63,787 bases of DNA, filler included, from Rhabdomonas costata (GCA_019059605.1; 45 parts of 45 records of this genome joined end to end with filler, not necessarily neighbours in it), one strand, 5' to 3'. Numbered from the whole stretch's first letter, positions 1 through 12,130 are shown. Program-made: numbers and translations. The notes: generated from the letters alone by a model not told the origin.

Positions 1-1136
1 GAGAAGGGCGTGTTTGTCTACTCCGCCCCGGCTTCTACTCTGAAGTGGGTGGCACGGGCACGTTCGGGCGGGCTTGCTACCCGTGCCCGACTCGCTGGCT
101 CCGGCTTGGCGGCCTCGCCGGAGTGTCTCTGTTGTGGTGCTCCAATGGAGGATGACGCCCACGTGATCACGGCCTGCCCTGCTACGGGGGCTGTGGACTG
201 CTTGCGGAACATTACCACGGTATGGAGCAAGGCAGCAGCTTTGCGAGGGGTAAACACTACCCTTCCTCCCGCCTGGGTCTCTGCCCGCCTACTGCAACTG
301 GCTGCGGGGCTTATCCCCCAGAGCGCACATTCTGTGCTTGGTGATGCTCCCCAATGGTTGGTGCCAGCCCTGCTCAAGGACCTCCAGGTGGGCATGATGG
401 CTCGACTGGCGGAAGTCCTCCGCAGACGCGAAGCACTGATGGGGGCCTCCAGGCCAGCAGCTTCCGCGAGCTCCAGCCTTCCTGCTGCTGATGCCGCACA
501 CCAACTTACTGTGGCCGAATACCGTGCTGCGGAGTCTCAGCCTGTCGCTCCCGCTACTACGGTTGTGCGGACAACTCCAGCAGGCCCTCCGTTGCCTCTC
601 GCAAGGAGGCGACGCTTGCTCTTCCAGCATGGCTTAAGCAACACCGATACCTGCGCGCAGCTCCAGTGGATGAAGGGGAGCCCTCTGTGGCCCTTCTACT
701 CCTTTGGGAGGCGGACCACGGGAAATTCCTTCACTGACGTACTGAGGACATCTCCGGCCGCCTGAACACCTTCACACGGCAGCTGCAAGACGCGGTAGCC
801 TTGGACGCGCAGCTCCCCTCATGGATGACCAGCAAGCGGAAAGCGTTCCACCTAGTGGCCGGCCTTCCCTCTCGGGCTCACCTCCGATGGGCTCTGCAAA
901 TTGACCCCGCAGTGGGCGACCCTTTCGTGAGCATGTTGAAGAACCATGCGATGGAGCTGGTGCGGCAGCACCAAAGTGATGCCCACTCAGGGACGGCATG
1001 GCGCGGTCGCCCCGAGCGCACCACAGCGAGCGTGGTTCCACCTAGACCTCTTCAGCAGGGAACCACGCGAAAACGAGAAGGAGCAGTCCATCCTCCCCCC
1101 AGCTCACAGCAAGCGCGCCTTGAGCGTCTTGCCTAG
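1..1136 (+). mobile_element. Non-LTR retrotransposon ORF C-terminal region (RT-associated zinc-binding motif), frameshifted
   Basis: Intronless ORF with LATRARL...SPECLCCGAPMEDDAHVITACP, a zf-RVT-like CxxC...H...C motif; coding appears to continue after a frameshift near 610-625 into ORF 801-1136. Confidence 0.7.
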
Positions 1137-1320
1137 GCCGGAAGCTCTTGGAGATAGAGCACTCGCCGCCTGCCTCATCCTCTCCTCATCAACGTATGAA
1201 GCTGATGGATCTGCCTCCTCTGAGACGGAATTGTGGCTTCTCCCTCCGGGGGTCCACACCTAACGCCAATGGAGGTCCCTGGGCATTCTCTCTCACGCGG
1301 CCTAGAAATGGACCTCAACA

Positions 1321-1420
1321 NNNNNNNNNNNNNNNNNNNNNNNNNNNNNNNNNNNNNNNNNNNNTTAATTAATTAANNNNNNNNNNNNNNNNNNNNNNNN
1401 NNNNNNNNNNNNNNNNNNNN
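1321..1420. other. Artificial contig spacer (44 N + TTAATTAATTAA + 44 N); first of 44, recurring about every 1.42 kb up to 62369-62468
   Basis: Identical 100-nt block with a palindromic linker giving stops in all six frames; flanking contigs are all ~1.31-1.32 kb and unrelated in content. Confidence 0.98.
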
Positions 1421-2741
1421 GTGTTGGTGGACACGTTGGAAGAGTGGGGGCATTACTTGATGGGTGCAGAAGTGCAGGTGCATACGGATAACTCAGCGTT
1501 GAGTCACCTGCAGAAGAACCCGAGACCATCACCCAGACAAGTGAGGTGGCTGGAGAGGTTGCAGCGGTACAAGTTGAAGGTTTCACACATCCCAGGACGA
1601 CAGAATGTGGCCGCCGATGCGCTTTCGCGCAACCCAGCAGATCATGTTCAGGAGAGTGTGATGGGTGGAAAGGCTGAAGAGTTTGCAGTCGTAGAGGTTG
1701 TGGAAAGAGAGGACGGAGAGCGGAAGAAAACGCTGAAGAGAGATGAAGCTGAGTCAGTGAGTCTGTACTTTCACGGTCCGCTGTGCTCGTCCTTGAAGGT
1801 GACACCTCCGGAAGATTGGTGAGAGGACTACTGGTTAGACCAAGAGGTTCTGAGAAAGTACTTTGACTCAGTGACAAAAGAGTTGAAGAGTACAGAGCAG
1901 TGGCACCATGGTCGGATTTGGGACGAGGGAAAGATTGTAGTGCACAGGACTCGAGAGACGGAGGTGATTTCGAGGTATCACGATTACCCAGCAGCGGGTC
2001 ATTGGGGAGTGACCAGGACAGCAGGTATGCTGAAGAGGATGTTTACCTTCAGGAACAAGAAGCGGAAAGTTAGGGCGTACGTTCGGACTTGTGATATCTG
2101 CCAGAGAGGAAAGGCAGACCATCACTTGCCCAGGGGACACTTGCAGAACTTAGAAATCCCTGTACAAAAGTGGGAGTCGGTGTTAGTGGACTTTGTGTCG
2201 TTACCCGAGAGCACAGTTACGATGGCAGAGCAAGATGTGTACGAGGTGCTGAAGGTAACGGCCCGAGCGACAAAAATGGTAGTGTTGATTCCGTGTCACA
2301 GTACCATGAACGCAGCGCAGATTGCAGAGTTGTTTTGGTGGGAGGTGGTGTGTTATCACGGATTGCAAATGTCCATTGTGAGTGATCGAGACTCGGTGTT
2401 CATCTCGTTATTTTGGAAAGAGCTGATAAAGTTTCTGGACGTTCAGCTCATGAGATCGTCGCCGTATCACCCACAGACCAACGGACAGGCTGAGAGGACA
2501 AACCATACCTTGAAGCAGGTGTTGCGGACGTTGTTGTTGACGAGGCCATAGGCGAAGTGGCGAGAGTTGTTAGTGCTTGCAGAGATAGCAATCAACAGCG
2601 CACCAATAGCGAGCACAGAGTATAGTCCTTTTTACTTGAACTTTGGCTACCATCCAGTCTTTTGGTGGGACTTGCCAGAGACTGAGGAGCCAGCTTAGGG
2701 AGCTAAGACCGAGGCAGTGCTGTTACGAGTCCCACCAACAC
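1421..2741 (+). mobile_element. Ty3/gypsy LTR retrotransposon pol fragment (RNase H-like + integrase), in-frame stops
   Basis: VHTDNSAL...SPRQVRWLERLQ...HIPGRQNVAADALSR, then YHDYPAAGHWG...TCDICQ (HHCC), WESVLVDFV, IVSDRDSVF, SSPYHPQTNGQAERTN; same frame with stops at 1820-1822 and 2549-2551. Confidence 0.95.
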
Positions 2742-2841
2742 NNNNNNNNNNNNNNNNNNNNNNNNNNNNNNNNNNNNNNNNNNNNTTAATTAATTAANNN
2801 NNNNNNNNNNNNNNNNNNNNNNNNNNNNNNNNNNNNNNNNN

Positions 2842-3460
2842 TGGGTGCCCAGCACAGAGAGTTAGAGGTGAACGTGAAAACCTGACCATCCTCGATAATC
2901 TCAGCCAAGTTTGTGGGCAACAGTTCCAGGACAAGGTACCTGCACAACATGGGCGGGAGGGTCGAACACGCACTGATAACGCCAGTGTGAGCGACGACAA
3001 ATGAACAACAAAACTTGAGGTTTGATCGATCGAGTGTCAATTCCCACCCAGAAATAGGAATCAATTTGGCATGGATTGGATTGTGAAGCTTCCGCCTATC
3101 TCCAGAAATGATACATCGATTGGACAATTCAGTCTTGAGGCACCAAAATTGTTCACTTCATCTCGACTTGTCACCAAGCGTCCGCAATCGACACCGCCGA
3201 ACAGTTCATGCAATACGTTGTCAAGTACCACGGTCTTCCTCGGTCCATCACTCTGATCGTGACTCAAGCTTCATGCATGCATTCTGGGAAACAATTTGTT
3301 CCAATCTGAACATCCGAAAACATTCGTCCTTCGAGTGCTTTCCTTTTCCAACCTCCGTCCGTGGATGGAAAGCACTCACAACGAATGTGACGATCAGGCA
3401 GCTTTTTTGGGTAGCTCAACACGGGAACAAGTCTTGGCTCGACGTTCTAAACGTTTGATA
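2842..3460 (+). mobile_element. Highly decayed Ty3/gypsy integrase
   Basis: Fragments across frames: MDWIVKLPP, SDRDSSFMHAFWETICSNLNI, TNVTIRQL; several frameshifts. Confidence 0.7.
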
Positions 3461-4763
3461 TGTGGTGATCTAAATGACAGTAAACCATGCCCAACAAGAA
3501 GCCTCCTGCGTCACCTCTCCATTGGCAAAAGTTGGCTAAACGGCAAAGTGGTAAGGGCATACCCATGCTTCTTAGTCAAATTATTGGTTAAGCGGAGGGG
3601 GTTTGAATGTTGGTTCACAACAACTGGGGTTCCCGAACACTTCCACAGCAATTCACAAATCAAGTAACACTTTCAACACGTAAAAACTGTGAAAACGAGT
3701 GCTCACGTTGGGCTGTGAGCCGTTATTGGCACCCGCTCGACTTCAGCTATTACCCCAAAGAATCGAAGAGAGATAAACAATGACTTTACGCATCACTTTG
3801 TTGAGATGCTTCTGTCAACCTCCCCTCTGTCTCTACGTCGAGAAAGAAAGCAATGACACACGTTGCAGTGGGACCCCCAGGCAGGGAAGACGACTGGAAG
3901 GCTTCAAAAAACGATATCACCTGCGGAAAGAACAAAGCAAAGACATCCCTGCCTTTTTCCAAGAACATTAAAAATCTCAGGAAAACCAAGGGTGAGTGTG
4001 CATGTGTGTCTGCTGCCCACTGGTACACACGTTGGGCACTTCGCGGAGATGTTTCAGAATTCTAAGCTCGCGCAGGAGACTCCGCAGCTCCTCTGCCGTG
4101 GAAGCGGGGCGCACTCGCTTGATCGCCACCTCCTGCCCCGTCACGTTATCCAACACAAAACNNNNNNNNNNNNNNNNNNNNNNNNNNNNNNNNNNNNNNN
4201 NNNNNTTAATTAATTAANNNNNNNNNNNNNNNNNNNNNNNNNNNNNNNNNNNNNNNNNNNNTGAGTTGAAAGAGCCCACCGAGCGCAGAGGGTTGGAGTT
4301 ACCTAGACCCGCGGTTTAATGCGCCATTGTGGTTTCCCAAGATCCCCGCCCAGCAGCAGAGGGGTGATTCGCACCCCCGAGAAGCGGCCAGGCAGCAGGA
4401 GAAAATTTGACAGCCCCGCTGGAGGCAGAAAAGACCTCCACCAACGCCATGCCTTTTGCACATAGTGTGTGTGATGCTTCGTGTAAGAGGTATCTGGGGT
4501 GTCCTTCTTTTGGGTGGACAACTTGTACTAGATGTGCCTTCAAAATCCCGAAGCGTTGCAGCTCATTACATCGCACCTCCCTTCGCCAAATTCACGTAAA
4601 GAAAGCCTCCATCCCCTGAGAAGAAGCCACCCCCACTTTTGCAGGTCGACCTGACTGGTTTGGGAAACAGGACAATGTCTGCGCTCCCCAGTTCTATTTG
4701 TTTTATGTCGGAGGGGTGGGGTCGTTCTGCTCGGGATGTGTGTTACTTGAAATACCCGCGCAG

Positions 4764-5217
4764 GGCTCCACACGGATGTGGGACGTTTGCCCCATGGCCA
4801 TGTCCTCCGCGCTGACCCTTCACAACAGAACGCTGCGGCAGCTGATCGCCCGCCACGAGGGCTACGAGGTTTTTAACGGCAGTCCTTTCCACTACTTTCA
4901 CCCCTTCCCTCACGCCCCCTTCCTAGCTGCTGTGTTTGCTGTTTGCATCATCGCGTTGTTTATCTGCTATTGTTTGGTGGCACTCGTCTTCTACTCCTCT
5001 TTCTGTACGTCATGCGCAAGGCCTTGCTATTTTTGTCTCAGGTGAAAACTGTGGGGGATAGTTTCATGGTGGCCTTCCCATCGGCCAAGCAGGCCCTGCA
5101 GTGGGCCGTGGCGGTGCAGGTGGGGCTGCTGGAGCAGGAGTGGCCGCCCGAGCTCTTTAAACTGAGCGACGCCGCCCGGAAGGACGTGGAGGGTCAGCTG
5201 TTGTGGAGTGGGCTAAG
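4764..5217 (+). CDS. Class III adenylate/guanylate cyclase catalytic domain, partial (exons 4764-4868, 5042-5217)
   Basis: Spliced product GSTRMWDVCPMAMSSALTLHNRTLRQLIARHEGYE|VKTVGDSFMVAFPS...LLEQEWP...LWSGLR; GT-AG intron 4869-5041. Confidence 0.92.
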
Positions 5218-5682
5218 GTACCCCTCCCTGAGACTTCACCACAAACTCTGCGTGCTTCTTGTCACATGCTGCGAGACGCAGGCTCGGTGCACCCCCCCTT
5301 TTCGTTCTTCCTGTATGTGGCACGTTTCTTACAGTCACCACGCAAAGTGTGCGTTCCGTTTATACATTCCTAATTGCTCAGCGTTTTGTTGGGCTTCAGA
5401 AAACGATCAGCATCTATCATTCAGTGTGACTCCTCTCCTCTCCCCTCCTCTTCCCATCTCAACGTGCCTTTCCGCGGCAAACCCTCAGAACCCATATCAG
5501 AGCCATCCATTGTCCGATTCTTCCCTTGTATACCTGTACACCTTTTTTCGCCCCGCTCATCCTTCTTCTCCCCCACCACACCNNNNNNNNNNNNNNNNNN
5601 NNNNNNNNNNNNNNNNNNNNNNNNNNTTAATTAATTAANNNNNNNNNNNNNNNNNNNNNNNNNNNNNNNNNNNNNNNNNNNN

Positions 5683-6400
5683 TGTTGGTGTGGGCCGCCA
5701 TGTCGGCAAAGTCGAATTCCATGGTTCATTTGAATGTGGCTGGAGCGTTGGTTAATCCGAATGGCATCACGGTCCATTCTAACGAGCCTAACGTTGTCTG
5801 GAAGTCTGTCTTGTGCTCTTCTACGTTGCATACTCTAATGTGGTGAAAATCACTCGACAATTCCATCTTCGTGAAGTAGCAATCTTTCGCTAAACGTTCC
5901 AGCATCTCATCGATTCTCGGCATAGGGTACTTGTCCTTGACTGTGATTCGATTCAGGGAGCGGTAATCAATGACCATTCGACGAGACTTGTCCTTCTTGT
6001 CACGAAGCAGGACGCTAGCTCCTAAATGAATCATAGACTTTCTGATTCTACCGGCTTCTGTCAGTCGAGTTGCTTCCAGAACTCTGTCTGATCAATGTGA
6101 GACATCCGGTACAACCGGTGTGCAGGTGAATTCCTACTGTGTTAAATGTCATTTCTGTGGTCTGCCGATCTGAGCGGTGGAAGTCCTGATGGAAGCTTGT
6201 CTGGGAAGGCGTCTGTGAACTCCTCGACAAGTCGAGTGATCTCCTATGTACAGGTGCGGTGGCGACATGCGGCTCGCACCTGCAGTGATCGACTTTGGAG
6301 AGGGGTTTCGGAACAACACAATCATGGTCTTTCCGCCTCTGCTGGCAGTCTGACGAAATTCCAGACTCTTGACGATCTCGGTGTGCTCCTCTTCTGTGAG
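5683..6400 (-). mobile_element. Ty3/gypsy reverse transcriptase, decayed
   Basis: RMVIDYRSLNRITVKDKYPMPRIDEML...HKTDFQT...VMPFGLTNAPATF; upstream frameshifted EFTDAFPDKLPSGLPP segment. Confidence 0.93.
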
Positions 6401-7430
6401 GTTGATTTCCTCACTGGTGTCCTCCCCATCCAGCTTGAGCAGTGGGGCAGCGAGCGTCGACTGATTTGACTCCGAGGTGGGCTGTTGTGGTCAACAGGAG
6501 CTAGTGGTTCGGTGGGGTTTGAAACCGAGATGTCAATAGCTTGAAAGTGTCCTCAGCAAAGTCGAATGAAAGGCACCTGTCTGTGGGTGAGTGCTCTTTC
6601 ACATGGTAGGTCAGAAACTGGTGCTGGAGAGTGATCTGACGGGTTGCACAGTCGGCTTGGACTCTGAAGTACTGGGAAAAAGGGTATCAGAGAATCATAT
6701 GGATTGGTGATTGAATTCCTTGAGAACTAGTCGTAGTCTGAGGTCAAATATTAGCAACACAAGATGAACGAAGGTGTCTGCGGTGACGATGGTTCAGCCC
6801 ACATTGGTCATTGTGATCTCTAGTGGCAGCTTGGATCGGATCAGATCTAGAGCATCTGCTACGGTCGACCAGGGCTCCTGCGCTCCCGACGTGGACTCTG
6901 TATGCGGAGGCTTCCAGGAGGTTGCTACACGTAGTGTATTCTGGGATGGTTAGACACTGTGCGGATTAATCCACTTTCGCTACGAAAAGGGGTCCAAAAA
7001 ACANNNNNNNNNNNNNNNNNNNNNNNNNNNNNNNNNNNNNNNNNNNNTTAATTAATTAANNNNNNNNNNNNNNNNNNNNNNNNNNNNNNNNNNNNNNNNN
7101 NNNTTTTACTCGGCCTTCAGCCTCGCGAAAGGGGACGTTCCTCACAACTTACCAAGCAATATAACCCGCCACCGCGCCCCGCTGGGAGGCTGGGAGGGGT
7201 AATTTTTGGGTGATAATAAGAAACATAGATTAAACGGTCTACAACCTCGCAAAAATGGGATGTTCCTCCCAACTTACACAACAATTACACGCCCACCAAG
7301 CCCCACAATGTAGTGTGTAGTTGGTTCAGAAATTACGGTTCATATAGTGTTTTTTGGTTCAGAAACGATTCAGTCATAATTACTAACACGAATACATTCA
7401 TAATCACTAACACGTATGAGTACTATGAGG

Positions 7431-7526
7431 CAAACGGTATGGCAAACTGTATGACAAACGGTATGAAAAACTGTATGACAAACTGTATGACAAACTGTAT
7501 GACAAACTGTATGACAAACTGTATGA
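7431..7526 (+). repeat. Tandem array of 8 x 12-bp unit CAAACTGTATGA
   Basis: Five perfect units plus variants caaacggtatgg, caaacggtatga and aaaactgtatga; no spacers. Confidence 0.95.
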
Positions 7527-7606
7527 CAATCGTGCAGTTTCGCGCACAGTTCCTATTTCTTAATCATCTTTAGTCCTTGCTCATTGCTTCTCTTATTCAT
7601 CCCAAA

Positions 7607-8210
7607 ATGGCTGGAGTTACCTTGGCTGAAAATATCACATCTAAAGTGAACCAGAACATTGATGGTACTGGCTCTAACGTCTTCATCAACGAAATTCCGA
7701 AAATTGTTAAAGAACGAACTGGCTTTTCTCTAAATGTGGAGCACCTCCCAGAAGATGAAATCAATGGCCTTATCAACGACTTCAAGTACACGTTGAAGGT
7801 CAGCGAGAAGGATCTGCCCATGGACTTTCCCAAAGAAGAGAGTATTTCTGGTACATATTTTTAAATTACACGTATTTAAGTATTCAAATTTACACATTTC
7901 ATTAAATTTTCATTTTATTTCAGGATCCTTACATGGCAGAAGGACGACAACGGGCAGTTCATTTCAACACAAACGGGCAGGGGGGGAGGGTGATACCCTA
8001 TCGCAGTCCGTTTCGACTGATGGTGCTCTACACTACGCTGGAAATCGTGCAGAAGGACGGAACGATGAAAGGAAAGATAGTCCTTCACAAACTTAATGCG
8101 TATGCTAACTTTTTCATCTTTTTTGGATTCTTTAATTTTATTTTCATTTTCATCAAAAAGAAAGGAAGTGGGCCTGCAGTGGGCTATCCAACTGAAGAGA
8201 TATGCTTAAA
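7607..8210 (+). pseudogene. Unknown small gene with two short AT-rich introns (7851-7923, 8100-8160), apparently frameshifted
   Basis: ATG 7607 MAGVTLAENITSKVNQN...; gtacat...tttcag and gtatgc...aaaag introns; the exons cannot be joined in one frame without a frameshift. Confidence 0.45.
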
Positions 8211-10513
8211 ATCTCCTCTCGATTGGACTTAAGGCTTTTTTTCGAGTCTCTTCCTCGTGTTGCACCCCACAGCCCACCCTCACCAGCGGCGAAGGGTGAG
8301 GCCATTCCTCCCAGTACCTCTGGCGATTAGCGAGCACCCGTGCCAAAAGCGTACGCCCTTTAGTCAGCAGTGGTGAACATGAGTCAATCAGGTAACAGGC
8401 GCAGCGCGCTATGCAACCCACAACNNNNNNNNNNNNNNNNNNNNNNNNNNNNNNNNNNNNNNNNNNNNTTAATTAATTAANNNNNNNNNNNNNNNNNNNN
8501 NNNNNNNNNNNNNNNNNNNNNNNNGTGTTGGGGGGCAGTTTGTTCGAGGGGAACACTGGCCCAACTGGTTTGACGCGCATGATGTGAGTGGCGGCAGTAG
8601 CCCAAAAGCATATGCATTTGAACTCGTTCGATACACCCGAACGGTGAATGCACTTGGCTTGTCTTGGCTGCATTGCTAGCACCTAGTTGGATTTTGGCAA
8701 GCCCGTCTTTGAGTTTAAAGTACTGTTTCACTGTTCTGAAGGATGAAGGCTATAAGGTTGAGAAGGAATACTCTACTTAGCAGGTTCGAATCTGGAATAG
8801 CGACATAGTTTATACTGATATGGTTTTATGGGAGGCATGGTTCGCCGTCCGTAAACCCCATGCTAGTCCCAAATTTTGGTTTCTAGGTACCATTTCTCCA
8901 ATTCTTAATTTTAAGGTGACACGCGGAGTAGTTATTGTCGTGCTAATGTCAAGGGTAGCGCATCCTGCCGGAGAAGCGTGGGATTCCTGTATATGAAGAG
9001 AATTATGTTGGGAGCACGGAGCTCATCGAAGGCTCGAGCCTCTACGCGTACCGGCGCCCTCGTCCTCAGCAGAACCACACACTATACAAGGTCAATACAG
9101 CTGATGCGATTTTGTGAGATGGTTTGCTATCCCTTATCCGCTTCCAAGCGGTGCGGCGTGTTGTCTTTTTGGGAACTTTGTTCAGCGTGTGGGTCTTGGT
9201 TTGATTTTCATCTCTTTGGGAGCTTATTGCGGTGGGGGGAGGGACAGCTGACGGGGCCGCTGCTGGGGCACTGTGTTGTTGCCTGCACGGACCCCTGCCA
9301 GGCCTTCCTGCACACTCGGGAGGATGCCGACGGAGGTTTTCACCCCCAGGTCCGTGTCCCCGTGACCTTTGGCTCACGTGCCTGCGTGTGCTGAAATAGG
9401 GAAACACGAAAGGGACCGAGACGAGAGGACTTCCATCTAGCAGAATAATAAGAACAAGTATTCTGTGTTTATCACTGAGGGGGGAACTGTGTTTATCACT
9501 TAGGCAAGAACGAGTCGTCGAGCTTGAATATACTCCGCGTCAGGACAAAGGTGAGACCTCAGCCAGAGCCCAAAACGTGCAAGGAAAAAGGCCATTGTAG
9601 TGCTGTTAGGCAGAGAAAAGACATTTTTTTGACCACCTTTGCGCTCCGAAATCTTAAATTGCTACCTGTACTCCACTCTGGGTAAATAGTTGTGGAAGCC
9701 AGAGCACACAGCCGCTCTCACGATGAATTTGGGGGGCATCTTTCATCGTTCACTCACATACGTGTTTTATGTTCCCAATATCTCAGCCTCCTAACTACTT
9801 TAACTCTACCCCTCCCCGCCCCCAACCACCAAACACCCAACACNNNNNNNNNNNNNNNNNNNNNNNNNNNNNNNNNNNNNNNNNNNNTTAATTAATTAAN
9901 NNNNNNNNNNNNNNNNNNNNNNNNNNNNNNNNNNNNNNNNNNNCAACTCAGTGTTTTGGTTCATCTTTGGAAAAGGTGTTTTTCTTTCACTCGGGAGAGG
10001 TGCGCTTGGAAGTTTTACCCCCAAGCATTTCTGGAGGGGGTGCATTGCAGCTGCGTTGCTCAAATATGAGACTCCTTCTGCCGGAAAGTTGGTGCGCGAT
10101 GTTCTTGCCCGAGTCCCTTTTCATTTTCTCTCTCTATCTCTCTTTCAGACAATTCCGGAGCCGCCATCAAGTATGCATGCTGACTGTATACAATTGATTG
10201 TGTGAGGTGGCTTGGCTTTCGTGTGCCCCTTGATGTGAATGAGACTCGATACGGGGTGCGTCAGGCTGTGGATGCTCACGGCGACCGAAAATTAGACAGT
10301 GCCCTTGGGCGATTTAGAAAACGATCTTCTTCCCTGCGATCTGTGAAAGGTAGATCCGTGCTGAGTCCCGTCAAGCCGGCTCTGGAATTCTAAGTCGCTG
10401 CTGGTAGTGTATCGTCTCAGATTTCCAGCTTTCGCGCTGGCGGATTACTGACGCACAATTTGCGGTTGCAGGCGCGAAACATTCAACAACACCATTTTCG
10501 ATGAAATTTGCAG

Positions 10514-11263
10514 ACACCCGTGGCGGGGTGTGCACCTCGGCGATGCTGTCCTCCCTGTACAAGTCTGAGAACGTGAACTGGGCCAAGTTTATGGAGGGCA
10601 TGCGGCAGGTTCCGTCGCCCCCCCCCTCCCGAAGTGGAATGCTGTCACCAGAAAAAAGCCGAACAGATCTCCGCCCGTTCTGTCTCTCTTGCATACATGG
10701 TGTTGGAATGGCACCACCATCTCGTCACCGTGTGCGTGGTGCGCGATGAGAGCTGCGGGCAAGGCGGCTGAGTCTTGTTGCCTTTGCATCCTTTTGGTCG
10801 TTGGGTGGTCCCGACCTCCCACAGCTTTTCTTTTGTGGTGCTGGTCGACTTGAGGGAAGTTGTGCCATTGTTTGTTTGTTTGCAATCCCTGTGCCTTGTC
10901 GCCGCAACCCTAAAGTGTGTACACAATACACCGATTTGGAAGTCTGTGGATCCGCGTTGCTGTGACGCCGGCGTGTATTATGCCAACCGTGGCGTGACAG
11001 GTGATGAAGAGCAAGAACAGCGGTCTGCTGCCCAAGCTGAGCAGCGGGACCCCGCTGCACCTCAAGGAGCGCGTCACCATGGGGGCCACCCCGGGCCCGC
11101 GGAAGGCCCTCCTGATCGCTGTGAACTACACCGGCACCCCGGCCCAGCTCTCCGGGCCAACCCACGACGCGGCTAACCTGAAGGACTACCTCTCCTCCAG
11201 GCTGCTGTTTCAGAACACCCGCGTGCTGTCCGACGAGGAGGGCGCGTCGAAGGCCACCTCGTC
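10514..11263 (+). CDS. Metacaspase with p10-like segment preceding p20 (type III-like), partial (exons 10514-10608, 11001-11263)
   Basis: GGVCTSAMLSSLYKSENVNWAKFMEGMRQ|VMKSKNSGLLPKLSSGTPL (p10-like) followed in frame by RKALLIAVNYTGTPAQLSGPTHDAANLKDYL...TRVLSDE (p20 start); phase-0 GT-AG intron 10609-11000. Confidence 0.85.
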
Positions 11264-12130
11264 NNNNNNNNNNNNNNNNNNNNNNNNNNNNNNNNNNNNN
11301 NNNNNNNTTAATTAATTAANNNNNNNNNNNNNNNNNNNNNNNNNNNNNNNNNNNNNNNNNNNNGGTTGTGGGTAGGGACCTTTCGGCTTGGCCAACGATG
11401 CCTTGGTCTGGAAAAGGGTGGCGCGACACCCCCGCAAAGCGGGTCGCGAAGGTTTTGGCGGCTACCTGGGGACGGATGGGCACACCGGCGGGGGTGACGA
11501 AAAGCAAAAATAGCCAAGTACCGCGGAACGGGAAAATCGGAAAAGGGAAACAACAGAAGTCTGCACGAAAAAGTTCAGGGCAACGGGTCCGGCAAGGGCA
11601 AGCAGCATTGCCCATCGACATCACCCAGGAAAAGGGAATCTTACATGGCACGAGTGCTCACGGGAGCGCGCAAACGCGGCGCCCGCACGCATGCAGAAAC
11701 TTTGCGCGAAAACGGAACACGCAAATCGAGGGCGCTGGATATTCAATGAACAGGAATCTGCATATGTACGCCGGAAATAACTTGCAGTTTCAGGAAAGCC
11801 GGAATTTGGAAACCCAGCTCTCCTCTTTCTTCACACCAACACACACTGCTAGCAAGTCAACTCAGCAAAGCAAGCCACAGTATTGATCGTGCAATGCGGA
11901 ACGGAGCAGCAACTCATGGAAAAATGGGCCAAGGGCAAATCACAAAACCTGCTGCGAACCATTTCATGAAACACCCATACCCACACCCATTCTCTCCAAC
12001 ACCAACACCAACAAACCAGAGCAACCGGAATATAGAACCATGACCAACACGACTCCTCACCCCACAAAGTCTGTCCCATTCTCCAACCTTTGACTTTCGA
12101 ATCCTCTTTTTCACACAGCCCCTCCTTTAT

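Noticed and set aside
1421-7003. One complete gypsy element spanning contigs 2, 3 and 5
   Set aside because: Separate contigs, different orientation and decay, two different integrases, and no LTR pair visible.
7431-7526. CRISPR-like repeat or NCMT-repeat protein (ORF 7313-7573)
   Set aside because: Units are head-to-tail with no spacers and no cas genes; the peptide is just the translated minisatellite.
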